Shown here: positions 35,658 through 47,419 of the stretch, in pieces
Layout: every line of letters begins with the position of its first letter
Numbering within the stretch: the stretch's first letter is position 1
Source: Mobula hypostoma
Lineage: Eukaryota
Assembly (NCBI RefSeq): GCF_963921235.1
Contig: NC_086098.1
Location: 2,294,001-2,358,000, forward strand
DNA length: 64,000 bases
Direction: 5' to 3'
Notes under the pieces: generated by a model
What the model was told of the DNA's origin: nothing
Seen by the model: the letters and a program-made list of their open reading frames with translations, nothing else
The model's database searches: none
Translations under genes and position numbers: made by a program

Positions 35658-35905
35658 GGTGACAAGGTAGTATAGCAGTTTGCATAGCATAATTACAGCA
35701 CCAGTGACCATTGTTCAATTCCTGTCACTGTTTGTGGAGATTTTATACATCCTCCAATGATCATATGGGTTTCCTCCAGGTGCGCTGGTTTCTCGTGCCA
35801 AACAAATATGGATTAGCAGGTTAATTGGTCACATGGCCATAACTGGGTGGCGCAGGCTTGCTGGGTCAGAAGGGCTTGGTACCATGCTATGGTATTAAAT
35901 AAATA
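35658..35905 (+). mobile_element. tRNA-derived V-SINE (HE1-like)
   Basis: B-box-like gttcaattcc, V-domain gggtttcctccaggtgcgctggtttc, CR1-like tail gggtcagaagggc...(taaa)n. Confidence 0.7.
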
Positions 35906-36072
35906 AAATAAACCTGGAGGTGGTGAGATATCATGACGATTAGAATTTTTGCTGGGCTCATTTCCCTGAGAACCAACTCTGAAGATAAAATCATACTGTC
36001 ACGCATTTGTGTTTTTGGTTTGATATATCACAAAACTTCTCAGAATGACTGTAAAGTCCTTAGATATAACAC

Positions 36073-36122
36073 ACATTGGTACCCCTTATCCGAAATGCCT
36101 CGAGCCAGAAGTGTTTCGGATT
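36073..36122 (+). mobile_element. Tigger/pogo-like (MER46/Tigger4-type) terminal fragment
   Basis: ccccttatccgaaatgcctcgagccagaagtgtttcggatt resembles the Tigger4/MER46 terminus as I recall it (cccttatccgaaatgcttgggaccagaagtgtttc). Confidence 0.5.
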
Positions 36123-36400
36123 AAAGACCCCCACCACCTTGGACATGCCCTCTTCTCATTCCTACCATCAAGGAGGAGGTACAGCAGCTTCTAGACAAAC
36201 ACTCAACATTTCAGGAACAGCTCCTTCCCCTCCATCAGCAGATTTATGAAAGGACAATAGACCCACGTACTTTTTCTGCACTACTCGTAATTTATTTCAT
36301 ACATATGTATTTCATATTGTAATTTATAGTTTTTTATGTACTGCACTGTACTGCTGCTGCAAAACAACAAATTTCATGAGTAATGCTAAGCTTGATTCTG
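36123..36400 (+). mobile_element. Rex1/Babar-type 3' end
   Basis: aaagacccccaccaccttggacatgccctc...gcaaaacaacaaatttcatg...gattctga. Confidence 0.75.
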
Positions 36401-36967
36401 AATGTGGATGCTCAGTCATCGAATGGTCATGACTGAGACTGTGAAGATTTTGCATGCTAAAAAGAAAGTCACAAGATAGTAGAATTGCACAGGCAACCAG
36501 AACCATGAAAGTGAATGCCAGAGCAGTATATGTAGGTTGAAGGAGTAGTGTGGGGTTGCTATCTCCTGCTCAATTTTCTTATTTTCAACAGATAAGAATG
36601 TAGGAAAATAGGAGCAGGATTGGTCACTTTGCTCCTCATGCCTGCCCTGTCCTTACAGGCTGATCCAGCCCAGACCACATCTTCTATGCCAGTTCCAAGT
36701 AACACTCAATCTCCTGATCATTCAAAATTATCTGGATCTCTTTTCTTTACCACCATCGGGCAGGAGGTAGGGGAGCCTGAGGTCACACACCACCAGGTTC
36801 AGAAACACCTAATGGTCAGATACCTGAACTGACGTGGATGACTTCACTCACCTCGATGCTGATAGACTCAGTAACCTACAGACTCAATGTCAAGGACTCT
36901 ACAAGTCAGGATTAGTTACTTACTATTTTTGATTTGATTTGATTTGGTGGTGGAGGGGGCCTGCTAT

Positions 36968-37154
36968 GGGGTGTCTAGGGAGGGGTAGTATCTCTGGTGG
37001 GGGGGGGCCTGCCGTGCCCTTTCTCAGAGCAGCTCGTCCACCTTTGGTCCCCACCTGGCGCTCAGCTCTCACCTGTGGCTCCAAGTAGCTGTAGCATGCG
37101 CAGTGGCCGCACCCCGGTAAACCGTCTCGGCAGACGGGCCAAACTAAGTGAGGG
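36968..37154 (+). ncRNA. HDV-like self-cleaving ribozyme (double pseudoknot) with expanded J1/2 and a stem-loop inserted in L3
   Basis: P1 GGGGTGT 36968-74 / GCACCCC 37109-15; P2 CTCTCACCTGT 37066-76 / ACTAAGTGAGGG 37143-54 (one mismatch, one bulge); P3 GGC 37077-79 / GCC 37106-08; L3 begins TCCAAG; P1.1 CC 37081-82 / GG 37116-17; P4 CCGTCT-cggc-AGACGG 37122-37; J4/2 GCCAA with C37139 at the catalytic position. Confidence 0.8.
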
Positions 37155-37500
37155 TAGCCGATGGGTCTTCGACCCTTGGTGAGGTAGGGGATCTGCCTGT
37201 CCCAGCGTGTGAAGTCTGGTCCTGGCAGATTGAGCGGAGGAGACTGATTAATGGTCCAATGGTCAAGAAGGCAGGCCCAGCAGACGTTGTGGAGCGCTAA
37301 GAGCACGGCAAGACACTGAGACGTCCTGGTCATCCACTGCAGCGGGAGAGGTCTCCCGCCGTAACGGTTGTCCGAGCCACTGGATCAAGGTCTCTTCTGC
37401 CGAGAGAGTGGGATTGCCCCTGTGCAACGACTGTTCCGCTTAAAACTCCATCACACACAGGTTTCAAAAGTACCTTCTTTGAATCTGAAGGACTACCACT
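36968..37500 (+). mobile_element. Non-coding, GC-rich, ribozyme-headed retroelement (probably a non-autonomous element derived from an RTE-clade 5'UTR)
   Basis: CpG-rich ~530-bp block with sharp compositional edges in AT-rich surroundings; begins with the HDV-like fold; no RT ORF. Family assignment is inference. Confidence 0.55.
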
Positions 37501-37514
37501 ATTTTTGATTTGCA

Positions 37515-40500
37515 TGGCTACTGAGGTGACTTTAAACGAGAATGGTTGGGGGGTGGGAATCAAATTAAAGAGACTAGGCGTGAGGAGGTTAGTTCACAAC
37601 AGAGGGATGGGAACCAGTGCAGAGAGACAGAGGGGTGTAAAGTGAGGGTAGAAGCAAAAAGTACAAAGGAGAAAAGTAAAAGTGGCAGGCTGACAAATCC
37701 AGGGCAAGCATTAAAAAGGGCCACTTTTCAACATAATTGTATAAGGGCTAAGAGAGTTGTAAAAGAGCGCCTGAAGGCTTTATGTGTCAATGCAAGGAGC
37801 ATTCGTAATAAGGTGGATGAATTGAAAGTGCAGATTGTTATTAATGATTATGATATAGTTGGGATCACAGCTACATGGCTCCAGGGTGACCAGGGATGGG
37901 AGCTCAACGTTCAGGGATATTCAATATTCAGGAGGGACAGACATGAAGGAAGGGGAGGTGGGGTGGCGTTGCTGGTTAAAGAAGAGATTAACGCAATAGA
38001 AAGGAAGGACATAAGCCGGGAAGATGTGGAATCGATATGGGTAGAGCTGCGTAACACCAAGGGGCAGAAGACGCTGGTGGGAGTTGTGTACAGGCCACCT
38101 AACAGTAGTAGTGAGGTCGGAGATGGTATTAAACAGGAAATTAGAAATGTGTGCAATAAAGGAACAGCAGTTATAATGGGTGACTTCAATCTACATGTAG
38201 ACTGGGTGAACCAAATTGGTAAAGGTGCTGAGGAAGAGGATTTCTTGGAATGTATGCGGGATGGTTTTTTGAACCAACATGTCGAGGAACCAACTAGAGA
38301 GCAGGCTATTCTGGACTGGGTTTTGAGCAATGAGGAAGGGTTAATTAGCGATCGTGTCGTGAGAGGCCCCTTGGGTAAGAGTGACCATAACATGGTGGAA
38401 TTCTTCATTAAGATGGAGAGTGACATAGTTAATTCAGAAACAAAGGTTCTGAACTTAATGAGGGGTAACTTTGAAGGTATGAGATGTGAATTAGCTAAGA
38501 TAGACTGGCAAATGACACTTAAAGGATTGACGGTGGATATGCAATGGCAAGCATTTATAGGTTGCATGGATGAACTACAACAATTGTTCATCCCAGTTTG
38601 ACAAAAGAATAAATCAAGGAAGGTAGTGCACCCGTGGCTGACAAGAGAAATTAGGGATAGTATCAATTCCAAAGAAGAAGCATACAAATTAGCCAGAGAA
38701 AGTGGCTCACCTGAGGACTGGGAGGAATTCAGAGTTCAGCAGAGGAGGACAAAGGGCTTAATTAGGAAGGGGAAAAAAGATTATGAGAGAAAACTGGCAG
38801 GGAACATAAAAACAGACTGTAAAAGCTTTTATAGATATGTAAAAAAGAAAAGACTGGTAAAGACAAATGTAGGTCCCCTACAGACAGAAACAGGTGAATT
38901 GATTATGGGGAGCAAGGACATGGCAGACCAATTGAATAATTACTTTGGTTCTGTCTTCACTAAGGAGGACATAAATAATCTTCCAGAAATAGTAAGGGAC
39001 AGAGGGTCCAGTGAGATGGAGGAACTGAGCGAAATACACATGTTAGTAGGGAAGTGGTGTTAGGTAAATTGAAGGGATTGAAGGCAGATAAATCCCCAGG
39101 GACAGATGGTCTGCATCCGAGAGTGCTTAAGGAAGTAGCCCAAGAAATAGTGGATGCATTAGTGATAATTTTTCAAAACTCGTTAGATTCTGGACTAGTT
39201 CCTGAGGATTGGAGGGTGGCTAATGTAACCCCACTTTTTAAAAAAGGAGAGAGAGAGAAACCGGGGAATTATAGACCGGTTAGCCTAACGTCGGTGGTGG
39301 GGAAACTGCTGGAGTCAGTTATCAAAGATGTGATAACAGCACATTTGGAAAGCAGTGAAATGATCGGACAAAGTCAGCATGGATTTGTGAAGGGAAAGTC
39401 ATGTCTGATGAATCTCATAGAATTTTTTGAGGATGTAACTAGTAGAGTGGATAGGGGAGAACCAGTGGATGTGGTATATTTGGATTTTCAAAAGGCTTTT
39501 GACAAGGTCCCACACAGGAGATTAGTGTGCAAACTTAAAGCACACGGTATTGGGGGTAAGGTATTGGTGTGGGTGGAGAATTGGTTAGCAGACAGGAAGC
39601 AAAGAGTGGGAATAAACGGGACCTTTTCAGAATGGCAGGCGGTGACTAGTGGGGTACCGCAAGGCTCAGTGCTGGGACCCCAGTTGTTTACAATATATAT
39701 TAATGACTTGGATGAGGGAATTAAATGCAGCATCTCCAAGTTTGCGGATGACACGAAGCTGGGTGGCAGTGTTAGCAGTGAGGAGGATGCTAAGAGGATG
39801 CAGGGTGACTTGGATAGGTTGGGTGAGTGGGCAAATTCATGGCAGATGCAATTTAATGTGGATAAATGTGAAGTTATCCACTTTGGTGGCAAAAATAGGA
39901 AAACAGATTATTATCTGAATGGTGGCCGATTAGGAAAAGGGGAGGTGCAACGAGACCTGGGTGTCATTATACACCAGTCATTGAAAGTGGGCATGCAGGT
40001 ACAGCAGGCGGTGAAAAAGGCGAATGGTATGCTGGCATTTATAGCGAGAGGATTCGAGTACAGGAGCAGGGAGGTACTACTGCAGTTGTACAAGGCCTTG
40101 GTGAGACCACACCTGGAGTATTGTGTGCAGTTTTGGTCCCCTAATCTGAGGAAAGACATCTTTGCCATAGAGGGAGTACAAAGAAGGTTCACCAGATTGA
40201 TTCCTGGGATGGCAGGACTTTCATATGAAGAAAGACTGGATGAACTGGGCTTGTACTCGTTGGAATTTAGAAGATTGAGGGGGGATCTGATTGAAACGTA
40301 TAAGATCCTAAAGGGATTGGACAGGCTAGATGCAGGAAGATTGTTCCCGATGTTGGGGAAGTCCAGAACGAGGGGTCACAGTTTGAGGATAGAGGGGAAG
40401 CCTTTTAGGACCGAGATTAGGAAAAACTTCTTCACACAGAGAGTGGTGAATCTGTGGAATTCTCTGCCACAGGAAACTGTTGAGGCCAGTTCATTGGCTA

Positions 40501-40646
40501 TGTTTAAGAGGGAGTTAGATATGGCCCTTGTGGCTACAGGGGTCGGGGGTATGGAGGGAAGGCTGGGGTGGGGTTCTGAGTTGGATGATCAGCCATGATC
40601 ATAATAAATGGCGGTGCAGGCTTGAAGGGCCGAATGGCCTACTCCT
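37515..40646 (+). mobile_element. Young CR1 LINE with essentially complete ORF2 (one stop at 38599-38601, one frameshift near 39040)
   Basis: ORFs 37546-38601 (APE: NARSIRNK, YRPP, GDFN, SDH), 38626-39063 and 39054-40598 (RT: QGSVLGP, FADD); 3'UTR ending ttttctatgtttct. Confidence 0.96.
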
Positions 40647-41837
40647 GCACCTATTTTCTATGTTTCTTCTTTTGCACATTGGTTGTTTGTTAGTCTTTGT
40701 AATTGATAGCTTTTAATAAACTCTATTATATTTATTTTCCTGTCAATGCCTCCATGAAAACAAATCTCAAGGTAGTATATGATGACCTACATACACTTTG
40801 ATCATAAATTTACTTCGAACTTTGAATTTTACCTTGCTTCCATAGTGAAATCAGTACACAATATGGGGTCACAGAATATATTCTAATCCACTACATCATA
40901 TGCTAATGAAGAGGTTAACCAGATCTTGGGATTTTCTCACACAAGAACTTATCAGGACATCAAAGAGCTGCACACCTGTATGGGGAGAATGCGTGACTGG
41001 AATACTTTACAAATTCATCTCCTTGGTTTCATCCAGCTAAATTAAATATGTGCATGAGGCTGCTGCTCCCAGAGCATAAATTTCCACATATCCGATTTGT
41101 CTAGATATCACCCTTCAGAGAAATCAGAGAGAGCCGTAGCAACTCTGCTTTGCATAAGGCAAACAAAATTAGCTTCACTTTGCCGAATCAAAGCTCGCGA
41201 GGGATTCTGGATCCCTCTCACAGGGACAAATTACTTCAAACAACCCCTTTGTACCAACTAAATCAAAAAAACAGGTTCATAAACAACTCTTGAAACCCCA
41301 AACATGGCAATTAATAATTAAACTTGCCCCTTGGCCTCCTTTTCTGCTGTGTAGGAGATCAATTTATAATATTGGTATTCAGTCTCAAGTAAAAAGCAGC
41401 TCCTTTTATTTTTTTTTAAATCTCCTTTTATTTAAATCTTAAAATTAGTTAAATGTCTATTTTTATTGTCACTGATAAATAAATGGGAGAACATGGTTCT
41501 GCAATTATGTGGGAATGACAAAAAACACCAAATGATGATGCACTTGTAATGATCCTTTTAACATTCTTCAACTAGTTAACAAGGAGTTCAACCAGCCCAA
41601 GTTTCAAAGAGTTCAATAGAACAGCTGTGCAATGCACAATAGACTTATGAAGTAGCTGTAAGCATGTTCAAAAATCATCTTTCTCCCATGATGCCCAGCA
41701 CATCCTGCTCTACTACCAAGACCAAAAGACATCTGAATCCAAATCACTTTATTGCCAGTATGTGAAACATACCAAAGCTGATTGTGGTTCAGTGCCAAGC
41801 ATATAAGACGGGACAATACCATAACAGACAACATAAG

Positions 41838-42513
41838 GAGGAGGAGAAGATGGCGGCGCGATGGCAGTGCGCGCGGCCACTTCAGTGGTGATGTCTGTTA
41901 TCTGTCAAGTAGGGGACTGTGCACAATTCTGATTTGATGGAGGCAGACGTGAGAGTATGGAGGAACATCTGGAAAACTTCTGAAATGCCTGCTTCGCTGC
42001 CACTGCTACTGTGTGGTAACCGGAATCTCCAGAGCAGAAGGCCCCGAAATCCTCGGCTTTGCGTGTTTCAGCGGCCGGGACGAGGTCGAAGGCGCTCGAC
42101 AGAGGATGGCGCTCGGGAGGCTGTATCGGAGAGGCTGGTCGGAAGCTGCAAGTTTTCAGACGGATGGACTCAGTGTCGGCTGCTTCCAAGGCATTGGCAA
42201 GTTGACGGTGCCTGGAGGTTTATGGCAGGGAGTTTCTCCCTTTTGCCGCCTGCTATCGGGGACTCGGGAGTTGATCGACTCGGGGACTTTTGAGATTTTA
42301 TTTACCGTGCCCATGGTTTGTTCTTCATCAAATTGTGGTATTGCTTTGCACTGCTGTAACTACATGTTATAATTATGTGGTCTTGTCAGTGTTAGTCTTT
42401 GGTTTGTCCTGTTTTCTGTGATATCACTCCGGAGAAACATAGTATCATTTCTTTAATGCATGTAGGCATTTCTAAATGACAATAAAAGAGGACTGAGTGT
42501 TCTCATTGTCTAA
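41838..42513 (+). mobile_element. CpG-rich non-autonomous retroelement with a YY1-type 5' motif and Rex1-like 3' end
   Basis: Starts gaggagAAGATGGCGGCG; ends aaatgacaataaaagagg...tctaa, similar to the tail at 26585-26630; no RT ORF. Confidence 0.6.
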
Positions 42514-42639
42514 TAGCAACCAAAAATTTACAAGGCAATAGTGCAAACAGCCATGAGCAATCAACAATTAGCAGAATGGTTAGATGTGCAAATGTTAATA
42601 ATCAAAAAATAAATAAATGTGAACATATGAACAGAATCA

Positions 42640-43390
42640 ATAATTATCAACAGTTCTGAGATGCAATGGGACTTGGGAGTCCTCGTACAGGATACCCTTA
42701 ACGTTAACCTCCAGGTTGAGTCGGTAGTGAAGAAGGTGAATGCAATGTTGGCATTCATTTCTAGAGGAATAGAGTATAGGAGCAGGGATGTGATGTTGAG
42801 GCTCTAGAAGGCACTGGTGAGACCTCACTTGGAGTACTGTGGGCAGTTTTGGTCTCCTTATTTAAGTAAGGATGTGCTGACGTTGGAGAGGGTACAGAGA
42901 AGATTCACTAGAATGATTCCGGGAATGAGAGGGTTAACATATGAGGAACGTTTGTCCGCTCTTGGACTGTATTCCTTGGAGTTTAGAAGAATGAGGGGAG
43001 ACCTCATAGAAACATTTCGAATGTTAAAAGGCATGGACAGAGTGGATATGGCAAAGTTGTTTCCCATGATGGGGGAGTCTAGTACGAGAGGGCATGACTT
43101 AAGGATTGAAGTTCGCCCATTCAGAACAGAGATGCGAAGAAATGTTTTTAGCCAGAGGGTGGTGAATCTATGGAATTTGTTCCCACAGGCAGCAGTGGAG
43201 GCCAAGTCATTGGGTGTATTTAAGGCAGAGATTGATAGGTATCTGAGTAGCCAGGGCATCAAAGGTTATGGTGAGAAGGTGGGGGAGTGGGACTAAATGG
43301 GAGAATGGATCAGCTCATGATAAAATGGCGGAGCAGACTCGATGGGCTGAATGGCCGACTTCTGCTCCTTTGTCTTATGGTCTTATGGTT
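42640..43390 (+). mobile_element. CR1 3' fragment, near-identical to 51075-51822
   Basis: ORF 42817-43296 matches the C-terminus of ORF 49737-51728; (tcttatgg)n tail. Confidence 0.93.
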
Positions 43391-43419
43391 GTCTCTTGGG
43401 GTCCGAGGAAGACTACATT

Positions 43420-43578
43420 GTACAGGGTGGCAGTGGTTATTTTTACGAGGCAGTGTTGTGAGCTCTACATCAGCCCGACACTATGGAAAGCGCGCTCGGG
43501 AGTGGTCTGTCACTGGATTGAACTCGGGAACCTCCGATCTCGAGCCCGGCGCTGATCTCACTGTGCCACCAGCCAACC
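43420..43578 (-). mobile_element. tRNA-headed SINE of a different family
   Basis: Minus strand A-box-like TGGCACAGTGAG (43557-68) and B-box GTTCAATCC (43515-23); no V-domain. Confidence 0.55.
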
Positions 43579-43593
43579 TTTTGTTGCACAACG

Positions 43594-43965
43594 TAGAAAC
43601 ATCGAAAATAGGTGCAGGAGTAGGCCATTCGGCCCTTCGAGCCTGCACCAACATTCAGTACGATCATGGCTGATCATCCAACTCAGAACCCTGTACCAGC
43701 CTTCCCTCCATACCTCCTGATCCCTTTAGCCACAAGGACCATATCTAGCTCCCTCTTAAATATAGCCAATCAACTGGCCTCAACTGTTTCCTGTGGCAGA
43801 GAATTCCACAGATTCACCACTCTCTGTGTGAAGAAGTTTCTCCTAATCTCGGTCCTAAAAGGCTTCCCCTTTATCCTCAAACTGTGACCCCTCGTTCTGG
43901 ACTTCCCCAACATCAGGAACATGCATCCAGTCTGTCCAATCCCTTTAGGATTTTATACGTTTCAA
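43594..43965 (-). mobile_element. CR1 3' fragment, same subfamily as 37515-40646
   Basis: Near-exact reverse complement of 40270-40646 with a small deletion. Confidence 0.9.
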
Positions 43966-44620
43966 TGTAACCAGTGTATGAAAGATATTAAAGTGGAAAA
44001 GTCTTGCACAGAGACGATACTATTCTCTCAGCCTCAGAAGTCAGGATCCAGTGGCACGAAGAATCGTTACATCTGGCAACTTCCTTGGCTGCATTGGATG
44101 GCTGCGTCTTCTTAAGTGCCCTGGCGATGAACAGGTCCTTTAATGTTGGTAGTTGACACTCAATGACCTTCTGCACTGAGTGGACTGCTCCCTGCAACAT
44201 GGACTTGGAGAGGGTGGAGGCAGCAGGAAACCAAATGATCACAACAGGTTGTTAGTGGAAGTTATTCCTCGTTTCCACTGTCTCTGAGTTGTTACGAGCA
44301 CACCATACTTCAATATGGTCTACCTCTCTTTGATAGCAGGTCATTTCATTAATAGGGAACAGACCAATTACAGGCGCATCATCCGTGAACTTCAGAATTT
44401 TAATGCATTTGTCTCCAGAGGTACAGTCATTTGTATGAAGTGAGAGCAGGAGGGGTGAAAGAACACAGCCCTGGGGAGAGCCTGAGCTTACTGACATTCG
44501 ATCGGACAAGTAGGAGCCCTGCTTACGTACTGCCTCCTTTCTTCACAGAGGCAATGTGTTGTATAGGTTGTGATCTGGCAATTCTACAACAACAGAGACC
44601 CAACAGGAGCAATGAGTTTC
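43966..44620 (-). mobile_element. Old Rex1/L2-type RT fragment
   Basis: [22 protein letters not shown]...LKFTDD (ORF 44252-44509). Confidence 0.8.
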
Positions 44621-44879
44621 CTGGGCCTGTGGAAAAGCACAAACCTGAGGTGATAAATGAATGCAATGTAACAGCATAAGACAATGAGGTCACATTGGAG
44701 CAACTAATGAAACAAACAAGAATGCTTGCATTCTTGCAGTGGCAATAATTACAATAACATACAGGTGAATAGCAAGATTGTGCGTAATGACTTTGATCGT
44801 TGCTCCAAAACTTACTATCTTCATTAACTCCCATGATCAACATACTATACAACAGAGTTAAAATCACAAACAGTTGTGG

Positions 44880-45385
44880 GCAGATAAGGTTGAAAAAGCA
44901 CAGAGAAAATTTACAAGAAGGTTCTGGGTCTGGACCACCTGAGATATAAGAGAAGATTGAATAGGTTAAGACTGTATTCTTTCGAACATAAAAGATTGAG
45001 AGGAGATTTGATAGAAGTATACAAAATTATGGGGGGTATAGATAGGGTAAATACAAGCAGACTTTTTCCACTAAGGTTAGGTGGGACCTAACTAGAGGTC
45101 ATTGGGTTAATGGTGAAAAGTAAAAGTTTAAGGGAAAGATGAGGTGAAACTTCTTCACGCAGATGGTCATGAGAATGTGGAATGAGCTGCCAGCACAAGT
45201 GGTGAATTCGAGCCTGATTTCAACGTTGAAAAGAAGTTTGGATAGATACATGGATGGTAGGGGTATGGAGGGCTATGGTTCCAGTGTAGGTTAAAGGGAA
45301 TAGAGCAGCTTAAATGGTTCAGCACTGACTAGATGGGCAGAAGGGCTTTGTTCTGCGCTGTAGTTTTCTATGACACTACGACCCT
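44880..45385 (+). mobile_element. CR1 3' fragment
   Basis: agattgagaggagatttgatagaagtatacaaa...gaagggctttgttctgcgctgtag. Confidence 0.82.
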
Positions 45386-45434
45386 TTCACTCAGGTACCT
45401 AGCTGGTGCTTCAGATCATCTGCCCATTATTGAA

Positions 45435-46112
45435 ATGATTTGCAGAGGGCTATTTCAAGGGCAAAGAGACAATTTTGAATGAGTTTGGAGGCGACATCAG
45501 ATGCATGACAACTCTGGCAGGATCTGCTAGACATTACTTCTCACAAAACAAAACCTAATTGCATGACTAGCAGTGATGCTTCACTACCAGATGAACTCAA
45601 TGCCTTCTATGTCTGCTTTGAAAGGGAGAACACAACTACAGCTGTGAGGATCCCTCCTGCCCTGATGATTCTGTGATCTCTGTCTCAGAGGCTGATGTTA
45701 GGCTGTATTTAAAGAGAGTGAACCCTCGCAAGACGGAAGGTCCTGATGGAGTACCTGGTAAGGCTCTGAAACTCTGTGCCAACCAACTAGCGGGAGTATT
45801 CAAGGACATTTTCAACCTCTCACTGCTACGGGCAGAAGTTCCCACTTGCTTCAAAAAGTCAACAATTATATCAGTGCCCAAGAAGAATAATGTAAGCTGC
45901 TTTAATGACTATCACCTGGTAGCACTCACATCTAATGCTCTGAGATGTTGGTGATGACTAGACTGAACACCTGCCTCAGCAAGGACCTGGACCCATTGCA
46001 ATTTGCTTGTCGGCACAATAGGTTAACAGCAGATGCAATCTCAATGGCTCTCCACCTGCCTTAGACCACCTGGACAACACAAACACCTCAGTCAGCATGC
46101 TGTTCATCAATT
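45435..46112 (+). mobile_element. Internal Rex1/Babar-type fragment, same family as 6825-9790
   Basis: ISVSEADVRLYLKRVNPRKTEGPDGVPGKALKLCANQLAGVFKDIFNLSL. Confidence 0.88.
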
Positions 46113-47418
46113 ATAGAAACATAGAAAATAGGTGCAGGAGTAGGCCATTCGGCCCTTTGAGCCTGCACCGCCATTTATTATGATCATGGCTGATCCTCCA
46201 ACTCAGAACCCCGCCCCAGCCTTCCCTCCATACCCCCTGATCCCCGTAGCCACAAGGGCCATATCTAACTCCCTCTTAAATATAGCCAATGAACTGGCCT
46301 CAACTGTTTCCTGTGGCAGAGAATTCCACAGATTCACCACGCTCTGTGTGAAGAAGTTTTTCCTAATCTCGGTCCTAAAAGGCTTCCCCTCTATCCTCAA
46401 ACTGTGGCCCCTCGTTCTGGACTTCCCCAACATCGGGAACAATCTTCCTGCATCTAGCCTGTCCAATCCCTTTAGGATCTTATACGTTTCAATCAGATCC
46501 CCCCTCAATCTTCTAAATTCCAACGAGTACAAGCCCAGTTCATCCAGTCTTTCTTCATATGAAAGTCCTGCCATCCCAGGAATCAATCTGGTGAACCTTC
46601 TTTGTACTCCCTCTATGGCAAGGATGTCTTTCCTCAGATTGGGGGACCAAAACTGCACACAATACTCCAGGTGTGGTCTCACCAAGGCCTTGTACAACTG
46701 CAGTAGTACCTCCCTGCTCCTGTACTCGATTCCTCTCGCTATAAATGCCAGCATACCATTCGCCTTTTTCACCGCCTGCTGTACCTGCATGCCCACTTTC
46801 AATGACTGGTGTATAATGACACCCAGGTCTCGTTGCACCTCCCCTTTTCCTAATCGGCCACCATTCAGATAATAATCTGTTTTCCTATTTTTGCCACCAA
46901 AGTGGATAACTTCACATTTATCCACATTAAATTGCATCTGCCATGAATTTGCCCACTCACCCAACCTATCCAAGTCACCCTGTATCCTCTTAGCATCCTC
47001 CTCACTGCTAACACTGCCACCCTGCTTCATGTCATCCGCAAACTTGGAGATGCTGCATTTAATTCCCTCATCCAAGTCATTAATATATATTGTAAACAAC
47101 TGGGGTCCCAGCACTGAGCCTTGCGGTACCCCACTAGTCACCGCCTGCCATTCTGAAAAGGTCCCGTTTATTCCCACTCTTTGCTTCCTGTCTGCTAACC
47201 AATTCTCCACCCACACCAATACCTTACCCCCAATACCGTGTGCTTTAAGTTTGCACACTAATCTCCTGTGTGGGACCTTGTCAAAAGCCTTTTGAAAATC
47301 CAAATATACCACATCCACTGGTTCTCCCCTATCCACTCTACTAGTTACATCCTCAAAAAATTCTATGAGATTCGTCAGACATGACTTTCCCTTCACAAAT
47401 CCATGCTGACTTTGTCCA
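46113..47418 (-). mobile_element. Young 5'-truncated CR1 with open 397-aa RT
   Basis: ORF 46203-47396 differs from ORF 39054-40598 at only a handful of residues. Confidence 0.96.
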
Positions 47419-47419
47419 C

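Noticed and set aside
36411..36437. 9-bp inverted repeat ctcagtcat/atgactgag
   Set aside because: Short enough to occur by chance in 64 kb.
37911..38687. Long antisense ORFs (also 46180-46872, 30220-30792, 62537-63208) as novel genes
   Set aside because: They are opposite-strand or off-frame shadows of CR1/Penelope coding sequence.
40829..40880. Possible upstream convertase exon end (..TMEA R|gtaa, phase 2)
   Set aside because: Lacks the obligatory GTSxxxP catalytic-Ser motif and has no convincing acceptor.
43515..43578. Genuine tRNA gene
   Set aside because: Has A/B boxes but no closed cloverleaf acceptor stem; better explained as a SINE head.
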